64,000 bases of DNA from Candidatus Methylomirabilia bacterium (GCA_041496385.1 JBGQEL010000007.1:7570-71569); one strand, 5' to 3'. Positions 17,684 through 27,325 are shown, counted from the first letter of the stretch. The notes: generated from the sequence alone by a model not told the origin. Made by a program: numbers and translations.

Positions 17684-19027
17684 ATGCGGGCAAAACAGGT
17701 TTCGCCCAAGGAGTTGCGCCGCGTCGTCGTCGCGGCATCCGTCGGCAATATCATCGAGTGGTACGACTTCTACATTTTCGGGAGTCTGGCCTCGATCCTC
17801 GCGGTCAAGTTCTTCGAGAAGGGCCACCCGGTGGCGGCGTTCCTCAGCACGGTGGCGATCTTCTCGGTCGGCTTCCTGATCCGGCCGCTGGGCGCGTTCG
17901 TCTTCGGCTGGCTCGGTGACAAGGTCGGCCGGAAGTACACCTTCATCGTCACGCTGAGCGGCATGGGCGTGGCGACGGCCCTCATCGGCTTCGTGCCGAG
18001 CTACCAGGCGATCGGTATCGCCGCGGCCTTCATTCTCTTCGGGCTGCGCCTGATCCAGGGTCTCTGCCTGGGCGGGGAGTACGGAGGCGCCATCACGTAC
18101 GTGGCCGAGCACATCGAGGACGAGCATCGCGGGTACTACACCGGCTGGCTGCAGACGTCGCCCACGCTCGGCATCGTCGTGTCGCTGGCGACGATCATCG
18201 GCATTCGCACCTATCTGGGCGTCGAGGCCTTCAACGACTGGGGCTGGCGGCTGCCCTTCATCATCTCCCTCCTCCTGGTCGCAATCGCGATCTGGATCCG
18301 GCTCTCGCTCGGTGAGACGCCGATCTTCCAGGACATCAAGGCGCGGGGCAAGACCGCCACCAATCCGTGGCGCGAAGCCTTCATGAGCGCCAACTTCAAA
18401 TATGTCGTCATCGCCAGCATCGTCGTGCTCGGACAGGGATGCGTCTGGTACAGCGGCCAGTTCTGGGCGCTCTACTTCCTCCAGACGGTCAAGAAGCTCG
18501 ACGTGCTCACCTCCAGCTCCATCGTGGGTGTCGCGCTGCTGATCGCCACTCCCACGCTGATCTTCTGGGGCTGGCTCTCCGACAAGATCGGGCGCAAGCC
18601 GATCATCCTGGGCGGTATGGCCCTGGCCTCGCTGACGTACTACCCGCTCTACATGGCGCTCGGGAACTACGCGGATCCCAAGAACGTCAACTACCCGATG
18701 TCGATCCTCATCGTCGTGATCCTGGTCAACTACGTGGGCATGACCTACGGGCCGATCGGCGCGTTCCTGGCCGAGTTCTTCCCCAGCCGCATCCGCTACA
18801 CCTCGGTGTCCGTGCCCTACCACATCGGCAACGGCTGGGGTGGCGGTCTGGTCCCGATCGTCACGACGTCGATGTACCTCTCCACGGGCAGCGTGGGCTA
18901 TGCGCTGATCTATCCCATCGTGGTGCCGGCAGTCATGTTCGTGCTCGCACTCTTCCTGATGCCTGAGACGCGCAAGCACAGCATCTGGGAGGAAGGCGCA
19001 ATCGAAGCGACCCGCAGCCGCGCCTGA
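17684..19027 (+). CDS. MFS transporter, metabolite:H+ symporter (MHS) family (KgtP/ProP/citrate-type)
   Basis: AGGGAGG RBS. 12 predicted TM segments. MHS signature GWLGDKVGRK and a second GWLSDKIGRK repeat. 447 aa. Confidence 0.85.
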   Translation: MRAKQVSPKELRRVVVAASVGNIIEWYDFYIFGSLASILAVKFFEKGHPVAAFLSTVAIFSVGFLIRPLGAFVFGWLGDKVGRKYTFIVTLSGMGVATALIGFVPSYQAIGIAAAFILFGLRLIQGLCLGGEYGGAITYVAEHIEDEHRGYYTGWLQTSPTLGIVVSLATIIGIRTYLGVEAFNDWGWRLPFIISLLLVAIAIWIRLSLGETPIFQDIKARGKTATNPWREAFMSANFKYVVIASIVVLGQGCVWYSGQFWALYFLQTVKKLDVLTSSSIVGVALLIATPTLIFWGWLSDKIGRKPIILGGMALASLTYYPLYMALGNYADPKNVNYPMSILIVVILVNYVGMTYGPIGAFLAEFFPSRIRYTSVSVPYHIGNGWGGGLVPIVTTSMYLSTGSVGYALIYPIVVPAVMFVLALFLMPETRKHSIWEEGAIEATRSRA

Positions 19028-19036
19028 CGGAGTCGG

Positions 19037-19085
19037 GATCGCCCGGCTACGGGATGGGTACCTTCCCATTCGTAGCCGGGCGATC
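19037..19085 (+). terminator. long perfect inverted-repeat hairpin after the MFS gene (rho-independent terminator candidate)
   Basis: Arms gatcgcccggctacg and cgtagccgggcgatc (15/15 complementary) flank a 19-nt inner region that is itself partly palindromic around GGTACC. It starts 10 nt after the MFS stop. Confidence 0.6.
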
Positions 19086-19288
19086 GGTTCGTGGCCCCAG
19101 GTGTTCCTGGTCAGAAACACCCCGCTTTGCCGTGAAAAGTGTCACGAGCCGGGCATTCTGCCCGTCCTGGCGGTTTCGACCTACTCATGGTTCGTCACCT
19201 TTTCAATGAATTAAGGTCCGGGTCCACCCGTCTCATGTTCGGCATGGCCGTTGCACGATCCAGGGCCAGCCGAACTGGGAGGGTCACC

Positions 19289-19693
19289 ATGGACACTAAC
19301 GTCAGGAAACGGCTAGAGCAGGACCTGAGTACCGCCGTGAGCCGGCTTCGTCAGATGGGCGGGGCGGTGGCGGTAGAGGATATGCCGGGCGCAATCGGCG
19401 ACAACACCCCGTTCGCCGACGAAGTCGATGAGATCCGCGCGAACGAGGACAGAGAGATCGGCTTCGCCACTCGGGAGCTTCTCGTGGATCGGGTCAACCG
19501 CCTCTCGGCGGCGATCGACCGGCTGAACGATGGGGACTACGGCACCTGCGTGGAGTGCGGCGAGTCCATCTCGCCCGCGCGCTTGCACGCGCTGCCCGAG
19601 GTCCAGACCTGCGTGCGCTGCCAGGACCAGATCGAGCGCTTCGGGCGCCAGCACACCACCGACGAGGTCGAGGCGGTCGCCGACGACGAGTAG
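19289..19693 (+). CDS. DksA/TraR-family C4-type zinc-finger protein
   Basis: GGGAGGG RBS. C-terminal zinc finger CVECGESISPARLHALPEVQTCVRCQ (CxxC-N17-CxxC) preceded by a coiled-coil region. 134 aa. The longer upstream extension of the ORF is rejected. Confidence 0.75.
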   Translation: MDTNVRKRLEQDLSTAVSRLRQMGGAVAVEDMPGAIGDNTPFADEVDEIRANEDREIGFATRELLVDRVNRLSAAIDRLNDGDYGTCVECGESISPARLHALPEVQTCVRCQDQIERFGRQHTTDEVEAVADDE

Positions 19694-19716
19694 TCTCCGC
19701 ACCCCAGAGTGACGGC

Positions 19717-19749
19717 GGGGCCGGGGAAACATCCCGGCCCCGTTTTTTT
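19717..19749 (+). terminator. rho-independent terminator
   Basis: ggggccgggg aaacat ccccggcccc followed by TTTTTTT, about 25 nt after the DksA-like stop. Confidence 0.75.
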
Positions 19750-19764
19750 GTGTAGGCTAGCCGC

Positions 19765-20382
19765 GTGCGGACACCGGTCCTGGATCTCTTCCGTCCTGCG
19801 GTACGCGCCGCGTGCCGCGCCTATTTCGGCCTCGAGCTGGTCGGCGTCGAACACATTCCGGTGGCCGGACCGCTCATCATCACGCCCAATCATCAGACGT
19901 ACGCCGACCCGCCGCTCGTGACGATTCCCGTGCGGCGCCGCGTCTACTACATGGCCTGGAGCCGCCTGTTCGAGATCCCCCTGTTCAGCCGCTTCATCAG
20001 GCTCCTTCGCGCGTTCCCGGTCCAGATCGACTCGGCCGACCCGCGCGCGGCGCGGGAAGTGGTGCGCCTGCTCCGGGCGGGACAGGCCGTCATGATCTTT
20101 CCCGAAGGCGGGCGAAGCCCGGATGGCACGGTCCAGCGCTTCAAGCCCGGCGCCTTCCGTCTCGCGGTCTCGCTCGCGACACCGGTCCTCCCCGTGACGA
20201 TCGCCGGCGGTCACGCCGCCTGGCCACCCGGCCGCGCCCTCCCGCGCCCTGGGCGCATCACGATCACCTACCACCCGCCGCTCCGGCCCGACCCCTCGCT
20301 CGAGCCCCGCCAGGCGGCTCGCGAGCTGGGCGAACGCGCCCACGCCGCGATCGTGGGGGCCCTCGAGGCCGGCCGCCGCTGA
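19765..20382 (+). CDS. plsC: 1-acyl-sn-glycerol-3-phosphate acyltransferase (PlsC/LPLAT family)
   Basis: Acyltransferase HX4D motif NHQTYAD, plus FPEGGRS and PVLPVTIAG blocks. 205 aa. Confidence 0.8.
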   Translation: MRTPVLDLFRPAVRAACRAYFGLELVGVEHIPVAGPLIITPNHQTYADPPLVTIPVRRRVYYMAWSRLFEIPLFSRFIRLLRAFPVQIDSADPRAAREVVRLLRAGQAVMIFPEGGRSPDGTVQRFKPGAFRLAVSLATPVLPVTIAGGHAAWPPGRALPRPGRITITYHPPLRPDPSLEPRQAARELGERAHAAIVGALEAGRR

Positions 20383-20398
20383 CACCCGGGCGACCGTG

Positions 20399-21610
20399 CT
20401 ACGCGCGGCGCTCCTCCACGAGATACCCCGCCTCGACGAGGCGCCGTGTGAGCGCCTCGATCTGCGCGCGCCCCGAGGTCTCGAGCGTGAGCTCGACCTC
20501 GGTTTCCCCGACCGCACCGCGGGAGAAGGCGCGGTCGTGCTCGATCCGCAAGATGTTGGCGCGCGCGGCGGCGATGAGCACCGCGAGCCGCGCGAGCTGC
20601 CCGGGCTGATCGCGGAGCAGCACGCCGAGACGCACGAGGCGGCCGTCCTTGACGAGGCCGCGCTCGATGATGCGCGCGATGACGGTCACGTCGATGTTGC
20701 CGCCCGACAGGACGAGCACGACGTTGCGGCCGGCGAGGCCGAGGGTGCGGTTCAGCAGGGCGGCGAGCGGGGCGGCGCCCGCGCCCTCGACGACCGTCTT
20801 TTCGATCTCGAGCAGCAGGAGGATCGCGTTCGCCAGCTCCTCCTCGTCCACCGTGACGATCTCGTCCACGTGCTTCTGCGCGAGCGCGAACGTATGCTGG
20901 CCGACGCGCCGGACGGCGATGCCGTCGGCGATCGTCGCGGCAGCGGGCAGCGTGAGCCGCTCGCGCGCCTCGAGCGCGCGCCGCATCGAGGGGAGCGCGG
21001 TGGCCTGGACGCCGCCGACGCGGATGTCGGGCCGGTGGGCCTTGATGGCGAGTGCCATGCCCCCGATCAGCCCGCCACCCCCGACGGGCACGAGGACCGC
21101 TTCCATCTCGGGTCGTTGCTCCAGGAGCTCGAGGCCGAGCGTGCCCTGGCCGGCGATGACCCGCTCGTCGTCGAACGGATGGACGAAGGCGAGCCCGCGC
21201 TCGACGTTCACCTCGCGCGCCCGCGCGTAGGCCTCGTCGTAGTTCGCGCCGTGCAGGATGACCTCGGCGCCGTAGCGGCGCGAGGAGGTCACCTTGATGA
21301 GCGGTGCCCACTCGGGCATCACGATGACCGCCGGAATCCCGAGGCGCGCGGCGTGAAAGGCGACGGCGAGGCCGTGGTTGCCCGCGCTCGCGGTGACGAC
21401 CCCGCGGGCGCGGGCCGCGGGGTCGAGCTGGAGAAGCAGGTTGGCGGCGCCACGCTCCTTGAACGAGCCCGTCATCTGCAGATTCTCGAGCTTCACGAAG
21501 CAGCGCGCGCCGGACAGCTCGGAGAGCGTCTGCGAGTAGGGGCAGGGCGTCGCGTAGATCGCGCCCTGGAGCCTGCGGCGAGCGTCGTCGATGTCCTTCA
21601 GCTCCAGCAC
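20399..21610 (-). CDS. ilvA: threonine ammonia-lyase (threonine dehydratase) with C-terminal ACT-like domain
   Basis: PLP-fold motifs (LQMTGSFKERGA, SAGNHG, GGGGLIGG). One C-terminal regulatory domain. GTG start 2 nt after the upstream gene stop. The N-terminal Arg-rich extension of ORF 20399..22087 is rejected. Confidence 0.85.
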   Translation of the reverse strand: MLELKDIDDARRRLQGAIYATPCPYSQTLSELSGARCFVKLENLQMTGSFKERGAANLLLQLDPAARARGVVTASAGNHGLAVAFHAARLGIPAVIVMPEWAPLIKVTSSRRYGAEVILHGANYDEAYARAREVNVERGLAFVHPFDDERVIAGQGTLGLELLEQRPEMEAVLVPVGGGGLIGGMALAIKAHRPDIRVGGVQATALPSMRRALEARERLTLPAAATIADGIAVRRVGQHTFALAQKHVDEIVTVDEEELANAILLLLEIEKTVVEGAGAAPLAALLNRTLGLAGRNVVLVLSGGNIDVTVIARIIERGLVKDGRLVRLGVLLRDQPGQLARLAVLIAAARANILRIEHDRAFSRGAVGETEVELTLETSGRAQIEALTRRLVEAGYLVEERRA

Positions 21611-21612
21611 GC

Positions 21613-22495
21613 CTAGAAGGGGACCTGTGGCTCGCGGAGCGACGGCGCCATGAGGGCGACGGGCATGAGCGGCGTCGAGTGCGCCCAGCCGATGCGGCCG
21701 CGCCAGTCGAGGAGGATGAGGCCGCCCTGCCCCCGGCCCTCCTCGCCGAGCAGGTCCACGGCGACCTTCGCCGCGTAGTCGGGATCGTCGGCGTCCTGCA
21801 GGAAATGCAGCGCCCGCCGCGCGAGGACGACCCGGATGATGGCCTCGCCGTCGCCGGTGCACGAGACGCCGCCGATCGCGCTGTCGGCGTACGTGCCGCA
21901 GCCGATCAGCGCGCTGTCGCCGACGCGGCCGGGAAGCTTGCCGGCGAGCCCGCCGGTGGACGTCGCCGCGGCGATCGTGCCCGCCCGGTCGAGCGCGACG
22001 GCGCCCACGGTGCCCTTTGCGCCCGCCGCGGCGCGCTCCTGGTGGCGGGCGAGCTGGCGCTCGGTCACGAGCGCGCGCGGATCGCATTCGGGAACGCCCC
22101 CGGCGCGCGCGACGTCGAGGGCGCCGTCGCCGACGAGAAGCACGTGCCGCGTGCCGTCCATCACGCGCCGGGCGAGGGTGATGGGATTCGCGATGCCGCG
22201 CACGGCGCCGACGGCGCCGCAGCGGAGCCGGTCACCCTCCATGATGGACGCGTCGGTCTCCACCGTGCCCGCCGAAGTCAGGACCGAGCCGCGCCCCGCG
22301 TTGAATCGCGGGTGATCCTCGAGCGATCGCACGGCAGCCTCGACGGCGTCGAGGGCGCTGCCGCCGGCCGCGAGCACCCTCCATCCCGCGAGCGCGGCGG
22401 CCCGCACGCCGCCGCGAAGCTCCTCGCGTCCGTCCACGGGGTCGGCGCCCGCGCCGCCGTGGACGACGATCGAGGGGACGCGCGCTGGAAGCATG
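21613..22495 (-). CDS. isoaspartyl peptidase / L-asparaginase (Ntn-hydrolase, plant-type)
   Basis: GGAGGT RBS then ATG. Motifs VVHGGAG, HPRFNAGRGSVLT and the autoprocessing-site GTVGAVALD. 294 aa. Confidence 0.8.
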
Positions 22496-22523
22496 ACCTC
22501 CACCGTGTCACAATCGCGCCGCT

Positions 22524-23216
22524 TTGCAAAGCGCGCTCGAGAGCCTGAATGCACGCATCGTCCGCTGCGCCCGCTGCCCGCGGCTCGTGGCGCATCGGGA
22601 GGCCTCGGCCGCCGCGCCGCCGCGACGCTACGTGGGCGAGCGCTACTGGGCGCGGCCGCTCCCGGGGTTCGGCGATCCGCGCGCGCGCCTCCTGCTCGTC
22701 GGGCTGGCGCCGGCGGCGCACGGCGGCAACCGCACGGGACGCATGTTCACGGGCGACCGCAGCGGCGACTGGCTCTTCGACGCGCTCCACCACGCGGGCT
22801 TTGCCAACCGGCCGGCGTCGCGCCATCGCGACGACGGCCTGCGCCTGCGCGACGCGTACATCACCGCGACGATCCGCTGCGCGCCTCCCCTGAACAAGCC
22901 GACGCCGGGCGAGGTGAGGCGCTGCGAGCCGTTCCTCCTCGAGGAGCTGGGGCTCCTGGACCGCGTGCGGGTCGTGGTCGGTCTGGGTCGCATCGGCTGG
23001 CAGGCCTACCTGCGCGCCCGGCGCGCGCGCGGCGCGGCAGGGCCGCGGCGGACACCCCGCTTCGGCCACGGCGCCCTGACGATGTTCGACGACGGCGTCA
23101 CGCTGATCGCCTCGTACCACCCGAGCCAGCAGAACACGTTCACAGGCAGGCTCACGCGCCCCATGCTGCGTGGCGTGTTCCGCAAGGCCCGGCGGCTCCT
23201 GGCGGCGACACGGTGA
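22524..23216 (+). CDS. uracil-DNA glycosylase superfamily protein (family 4/5-like, Fe-S type)
   Basis: N-terminal CxxC (RCARCPRL), GFGD and LLLVGLAPAAHGGNRTGRMFTGD blocks. The start codon is uncertain (TTG at 22524). Confidence 0.65.
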   Translation: MQSALESLNARIVRCARCPRLVAHREASAAAPPRRYVGERYWARPLPGFGDPRARLLLVGLAPAAHGGNRTGRMFTGDRSGDWLFDALHHAGFANRPASRHRDDGLRLRDAYITATIRCAPPLNKPTPGEVRRCEPFLLEELGLLDRVRVVVGLGRIGWQAYLRARRARGAAGPRRTPRFGHGALTMFDDGVTLIASYHPSQQNTFTGRLTRPMLRGVFRKARRLLAATR

Positions 23217-23623
23217 AGACCTCGCTCTATCACGTCCAGCTGAACGTGACGGCGGCCGCGCGCTCGGTACCCTTCGACGCGGCCCTGCTCGAGTACTTCG
23301 AATACCGCACGCTCGTGGCGGCCCGCGACGCCATGGGCATGAGCAACGGCACGACGGACGTCTGGATCGTCACGGCCGCGGGCGAGCACGCCGCGCGCGG
23401 CTTCCACCGGAAGCGCCCGGGGCTGAACCATCTCGCGTTCGGCGTCGGCTCGCGGCACGACGTGGACACGTTTCACCGCGAGTTCCTCGTCACGCGCGGC
23501 GTCCCCGCCCTCTACGGGCCGCCGCGCGACTACCCGGAGTACCGGCCAGGCTACTACGCGGTGTTCTTCGAGGATCCCGACCGGCTCAAGCTCGAGGTCG
23601 CCCACGTGCCCGGGCGGACGTGA
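23213..23623 (+). CDS. VOC (glyoxalase/bleomycin-resistance/dioxygenase) family protein
   Basis: GTGA overlap with the UDG stop. About 136 aa with a betaalphabetabetabeta-module pattern (YHVQLNV ... NHLAFGV ... YAVFFEDPDRLKLEV). Confidence 0.7.
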   Translation: MKTSLYHVQLNVTAAARSVPFDAALLEYFEYRTLVAARDAMGMSNGTTDVWIVTAAGEHAARGFHRKRPGLNHLAFGVGSRHDVDTFHREFLVTRGVPALYGPPRDYPEYRPGYYAVFFEDPDRLKLEVAHVPGRT

Positions 23624-23645
23624 GTTGAGGCGGAGCCGCGGGGCC

Positions 23646-24689
23646 TCAGTCCACGAGATCGGAGGGCAGGCGGGGGCGCTCGGCGACGGTGAGGGTCAGC
23701 TCACGGCTCTGGCCGTCGCGCGTGAGCGTGACGCGCACGCGCTGGCCGGGCTTGAGCGTGCGCACCTTCGCGACGTAGTCCTGGTGGCTCCGGATCGGGG
23801 AGCCCTGGATCGCGACCAGGATGTCGCCGCCGAGAAGATACTCCTCGCCCTGCACGATGACCGAGGTGGTGCCGCCGCGCACGCCGGCGCGCTCGGCGGG
23901 GCTTCCATCGTAGACCAGCTCGACCAGGTAGCCCTCGACCAGTGGCAGCCGGATCATCGTCGACAGCCGGGCGTCCACCTCGCGGCCCTGCATGCCGAGC
24001 CACGGGCGCACGACGCGGCCGACGTCCCGCAGCTCGCGCAGGACCGCCTTCGCGCTGTTGATGGGAACCGAGAACCCGATCGATTGCGCCTCTTCGGAGA
24101 TGAAGGTGTTGATGCCGATGACGGTGCCGCAGCGGTCCACCAGCGGGCCGCCGGAGTTGCCCGGGTTGATCGGCGCGTCGGTCTGGATCAGCGGCTGCTC
24201 GGACAGGCCGGGCAGGAGCCGATTGAGACCGCTCACGATCCCGCGCGTCATCGTCTGCTCGAGCCCGATCGGGTTGCCGATGGCGGCGACCTCGTCGCCC
24301 ACGCGGAGCTGGGCCGAGTCCCCGAGGCGCGCGACGGGCAGCGGCGTCGCCGCCTCGACGCGGATGAGCGCCAGATCGAGCAGCGAGTCGAGACCGATCA
24401 GGCGCGCCGGCGCCTTCGTCCCCGAGTCGAGCGTGACGGTGAGCGAGGTCGCGCCGTCCACGACGTGCGCGTTCGTCAGCACCTGGCCGTCGCGCTCGAT
24501 GAGGACGCCCGAGCCGACGATCGTCTCGAAGCGTCGCTGCGGCTTCGCCTTGTTGATCTTCGTCGACTGGATCGAGACGACGGCCGGCGAGACCCGCTCG
24601 AACACGGTCGCGAACGGTTCGTTGCATTGCTGGGCCGCGGCGACGGAGGGAACGGCGAGCAGGATCAGGAGCAGCACGCGGCGACGCAT
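23646..24689 (-). CDS. S1C trypsin-like serine protease with PDZ domain (HtrA/DegP family), secreted
   Basis: Signal peptide MRRRVLLLILLAVPSVAA. Catalytic triad context (TNAHVV, DLALIR, GNSGGPL). C-terminal PDZ. The long upstream part of ORF 23646..25895 is rejected. Confidence 0.85.
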   Translation of the reverse strand: MRRRVLLLILLAVPSVAAAQQCNEPFATVFERVSPAVVSIQSTKINKAKPQRRFETIVGSGVLIERDGQVLTNAHVVDGATSLTVTLDSGTKAPARLIGLDSLLDLALIRVEAATPLPVARLGDSAQLRVGDEVAAIGNPIGLEQTMTRGIVSGLNRLLPGLSEQPLIQTDAPINPGNSGGPLVDRCGTVIGINTFISEEAQSIGFSVPINSAKAVLRELRDVGRVVRPWLGMQGREVDARLSTMIRLPLVEGYLVELVYDGSPAERAGVRGGTTSVIVQGEEYLLGGDILVAIQGSPIRSHQDYVAKVRTLKPGQRVRVTLTRDGQSRELTLTVAERPRLPSDLVD

Positions 24690-24713
24690 CGCCCCGGATG
24701 ATACACTAACCGC

Positions 24714-26021
24714 GTGACGCGCACCCTCGCGATCCTCCTCGCGCTGTCGCTCGGGCTCCCGGCGACCGTCGGCGCCGCGGACGGCGTGGTCACCGCGACG
24801 CTCGACAACGGTCTCCGCGTGCTGCTGCTCGAGGACCATCGGAGCCCGATCGTCTCCTTCCAGGTGTGGTATCGCGTCGGCTCGCGCAACGAGCAGCGGG
24901 GCGCCACCGGGATCGCGCACTTCCTGGAGCACATGATGTTCAAGGGCACCCCGACCTACGGGCGCGGCCAGTTCGCGCGCCTCGTCGAGCAGAACGGCGG
25001 GCAGGACAACGCCTTCACCTCGCAGGACGTCACCTCGTACTACGTGAACATCGCCAGTGACCGCCTGGACCTCGTCGTCGAGCTCGAGGCGGATCGCATG
25101 CAGAACCTCCTCCTCGATCCGAAGGAGATCGAGTCGGAGCGGCAGGTGGTGATCGAGGAGCGCCGCACGCGCACCGAGGACGACCCCGGCGGATACCTCG
25201 GCGAGGAGGTCGGCTCGCTCGCCTTCAAGGCCCACCCGTACGGCTACCCGATCATCGGCTGGATGGAGGACATCAGCCGGATCACGCCGGCCGAGATCCG
25301 TGCCTTTCACAACGTCTACTACGTCCCGAACAACGCGATCGTCGTTGCCGTCGGCGACTTCCAGGCGGCGGACGCGCTCGACCGGATCACGCGGCGGTTC
25401 GGGCGGATCCCACGCGGGTCCGAGCCGCCGCCCGTTCTCCCAATCGAGCCGCCGCCGAACGGCGAGCGGCGCGCCGTTGTCCGCAAGCAGGCGGAGCTGC
25501 CCATCGTCTACCTGGCCTGGCACGTGCCCAACCAGCAATCGGCGGACGCGGCGGCCCTCGAGGTGCTCTCGACGATTCTCGCCGGCGGCCGCGCCTCGCG
25601 GCTCTACAAGGAGCTCGTCTACCGGCGGCTCGCGCTCGATGCCGGCGGCGACTACTCGTGGTTCTCCATCGATCCGAACCTCTTCTGGTTCTGGGCCACG
25701 CCGATGCCCGGGCAGACGCCCGAGACGCTCGAGAAGGAGCTCCTGGCGCAGATCGCGCGGCTGAAGGCCGAGCCCGTGACCGACGAGGAGCTGGCCCGCG
25801 CCAAGAATCAGATCGAGGCGTCGTTCGCGTTCCAGGAGGACTCCATCCACCGCCGCGCCTCGCTCCTCGCGCGCTTCGAGGTGATCGGCGGGCATCAGCT
25901 GAAGGACGGATTCCTCGCGAAGGTGCGCGCGGTCACCGCGGCGGACCTGCAGCGCGTGACCGGCGCCTGGTTCCCGGAGGACAAGCGAACCGTCGGCGTC
26001 CTCCTGCCGGCGTCGCCGTGA
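24714..26021 (+). CDS. M16 family zinc peptidase (pitrilysin-like, catalytic subunit)
   Basis: Signal peptide. Inverted zinc motif HFLEH...E. 435 aa. Confidence 0.85.
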   Translation: MTRTLAILLALSLGLPATVGAADGVVTATLDNGLRVLLLEDHRSPIVSFQVWYRVGSRNEQRGATGIAHFLEHMMFKGTPTYGRGQFARLVEQNGGQDNAFTSQDVTSYYVNIASDRLDLVVELEADRMQNLLLDPKEIESERQVVIEERRTRTEDDPGGYLGEEVGSLAFKAHPYGYPIIGWMEDISRITPAEIRAFHNVYYVPNNAIVVAVGDFQAADALDRITRRFGRIPRGSEPPPVLPIEPPPNGERRAVVRKQAELPIVYLAWHVPNQQSADAAALEVLSTILAGGRASRLYKELVYRRLALDAGGDYSWFSIDPNLFWFWATPMPGQTPETLEKELLAQIARLKAEPVTDEELARAKNQIEASFAFQEDSIHRRASLLARFEVIGGHQLKDGFLAKVRAVTAADLQRVTGAWFPEDKRTVGVLLPASP

Positions 26022-27325
26022 TACCTGTCACGCTCCGGCTCGCCGCGCTCCTGTTCCTCCTCATCACGGCGGCGCCCGCAGCGGCGGCGCCGCTCGCGCA
26101 CCGCGAGGTGCTGCCGAACGGCATCGTGCTGCTCGTCGCTGAGCGTCCCGCCGTGCCGATCGTCGCCGTCCGGGTCCTCGTCAGGGCGGGCGCGGCCTTC
26201 GACCCGCCCGACCGCGCCGGCCTCGCGAACCTGACGGGCGCCCTCCTCACGCGTGGCACCTCCCGGCGCTCGGGTCCAGACCTCGACGGGGCGATCGAGT
26301 TCGTGGGGGGGACCCTCGAGGCGGGGGCGGCGCGCGACCACCTCACCGCCTCGCTCCGCGTCTTGAAAAAGGATCTGGCGCTCGGTCTCGATCTGCTCTC
26401 GGAGGTGGTCCTCGCCCCGACGTTCCCGCAGGACGAGGTGACGCGGAAGATCGCCGAGATCCAGGCGGGGATCAAGCGCTCCGAGGAGGACCCCGGAACG
26501 GTCGCAGCGCGCGAGCTGGCGCGGCTCGTCTTCCCCGGACATCCGTACGGCGCGCCGGTCGAGGGGACGCGCGAGTCCGTGGCGCGGCTCACGCGCGACG
26601 ACGTCGTGCGCTTCCACGCCGAGCGGTTTCGCCCGGACGCGGCGATCGTCGCCGTCGTCGGCGCGGTCACGGTGGACGAAGCACGTCGCGCCATCATGGG
26701 ACGCTTTGGCGCCTGGCGGCGCCCGGGGTCGCCGCCGGTCGCGGTCGCCGACGCGGTCCCGGGGTCGGCGCCGCGTGAAGAGAACGTCACGCGCGACCTC
26801 ACGCAGTCCACGATCATGTTCGGGCGCCAGGCGATCCGCCAGACGCATCCCGACTATTTCCCGCTGGTGGTGGCCTCCTACGTCCTCGGCGGTGGCTCGG
26901 CCTCGCGCCTCTACTCGCGCGTCCGCGAAGAGGGAGGGCTCGCCTATTCCGTGTACAGCTACGTCTCGCCCTCCCGGTACGCCGCGGCCTTCATCGTCAG
27001 CGCGCAGACGCGGACGGCCGAGGTGGTGCGCGTCAAGACGCTTCTCCGGGAGGAGCTCTCGCGGATGATCCGCGAGCCCGTCACCGACGCCGAGCTGGGC
27101 CTCGCCAAGTCGTACCTTATCGGCAGCTTTCCCCTCCGCCTCGACACGTCGGGCAAGGTCGCCGACTTCATCACCGCCGTCGAGGAGCTGGGGCTCGGAC
27201 TCGACTACCCGGACCGCTACAAGGACCGCGTGGGCAAGGTGACGGCGCGCGACATCCAGCGCGTCGCCGCCACGTACTTCGACCCGGAGGCCTTCAACCG
27301 CATCGTGGTCGGCAAGGCCCCGTGA
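26018..27325 (+). CDS. M16 family peptidase, non-catalytic partner subunit
   Basis: GTGA overlap with the preceding M16 gene. Signal peptide. M16 fold without the HxxEH motif. About 435 aa. Confidence 0.8.
   Translation: MIPVTLRLAALLFLLITAAPAAAAPLAHREVLPNGIVLLVAERPAVPIVAVRVLVRAGAAFDPPDRAGLANLTGALLTRGTSRRSGPDLDGAIEFVGGTLEAGAARDHLTASLRVLKKDLALGLDLLSEVVLAPTFPQDEVTRKIAEIQAGIKRSEEDPGTVAARELARLVFPGHPYGAPVEGTRESVARLTRDDVVRFHAERFRPDAAIVAVVGAVTVDEARRAIMGRFGAWRRPGSPPVAVADAVPGSAPREENVTRDLTQSTIMFGRQAIRQTHPDYFPLVVASYVLGGGSASRLYSRVREEGGLAYSVYSYVSPSRYAAAFIVSAQTRTAEVVRVKTLLREELSRMIREPVTDAELGLAKSYLIGSFPLRLDTSGKVADFITAVEELGLGLDYPDRYKDRVGKVTARDIQRVAATYFDPEAFNRIVVGKAP

Noticed and set aside
19139-19288. Longer form of the DksA/TraR gene starting at 19139 (184 aa).
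   Set aside because: The upstream 50 codons lack DksA coiled-coil character and overlap the terminator/promoter region. The ATG at 19289 has a GGGAGGG RBS and yields a typical ~134-aa TraR/DksA-size protein.
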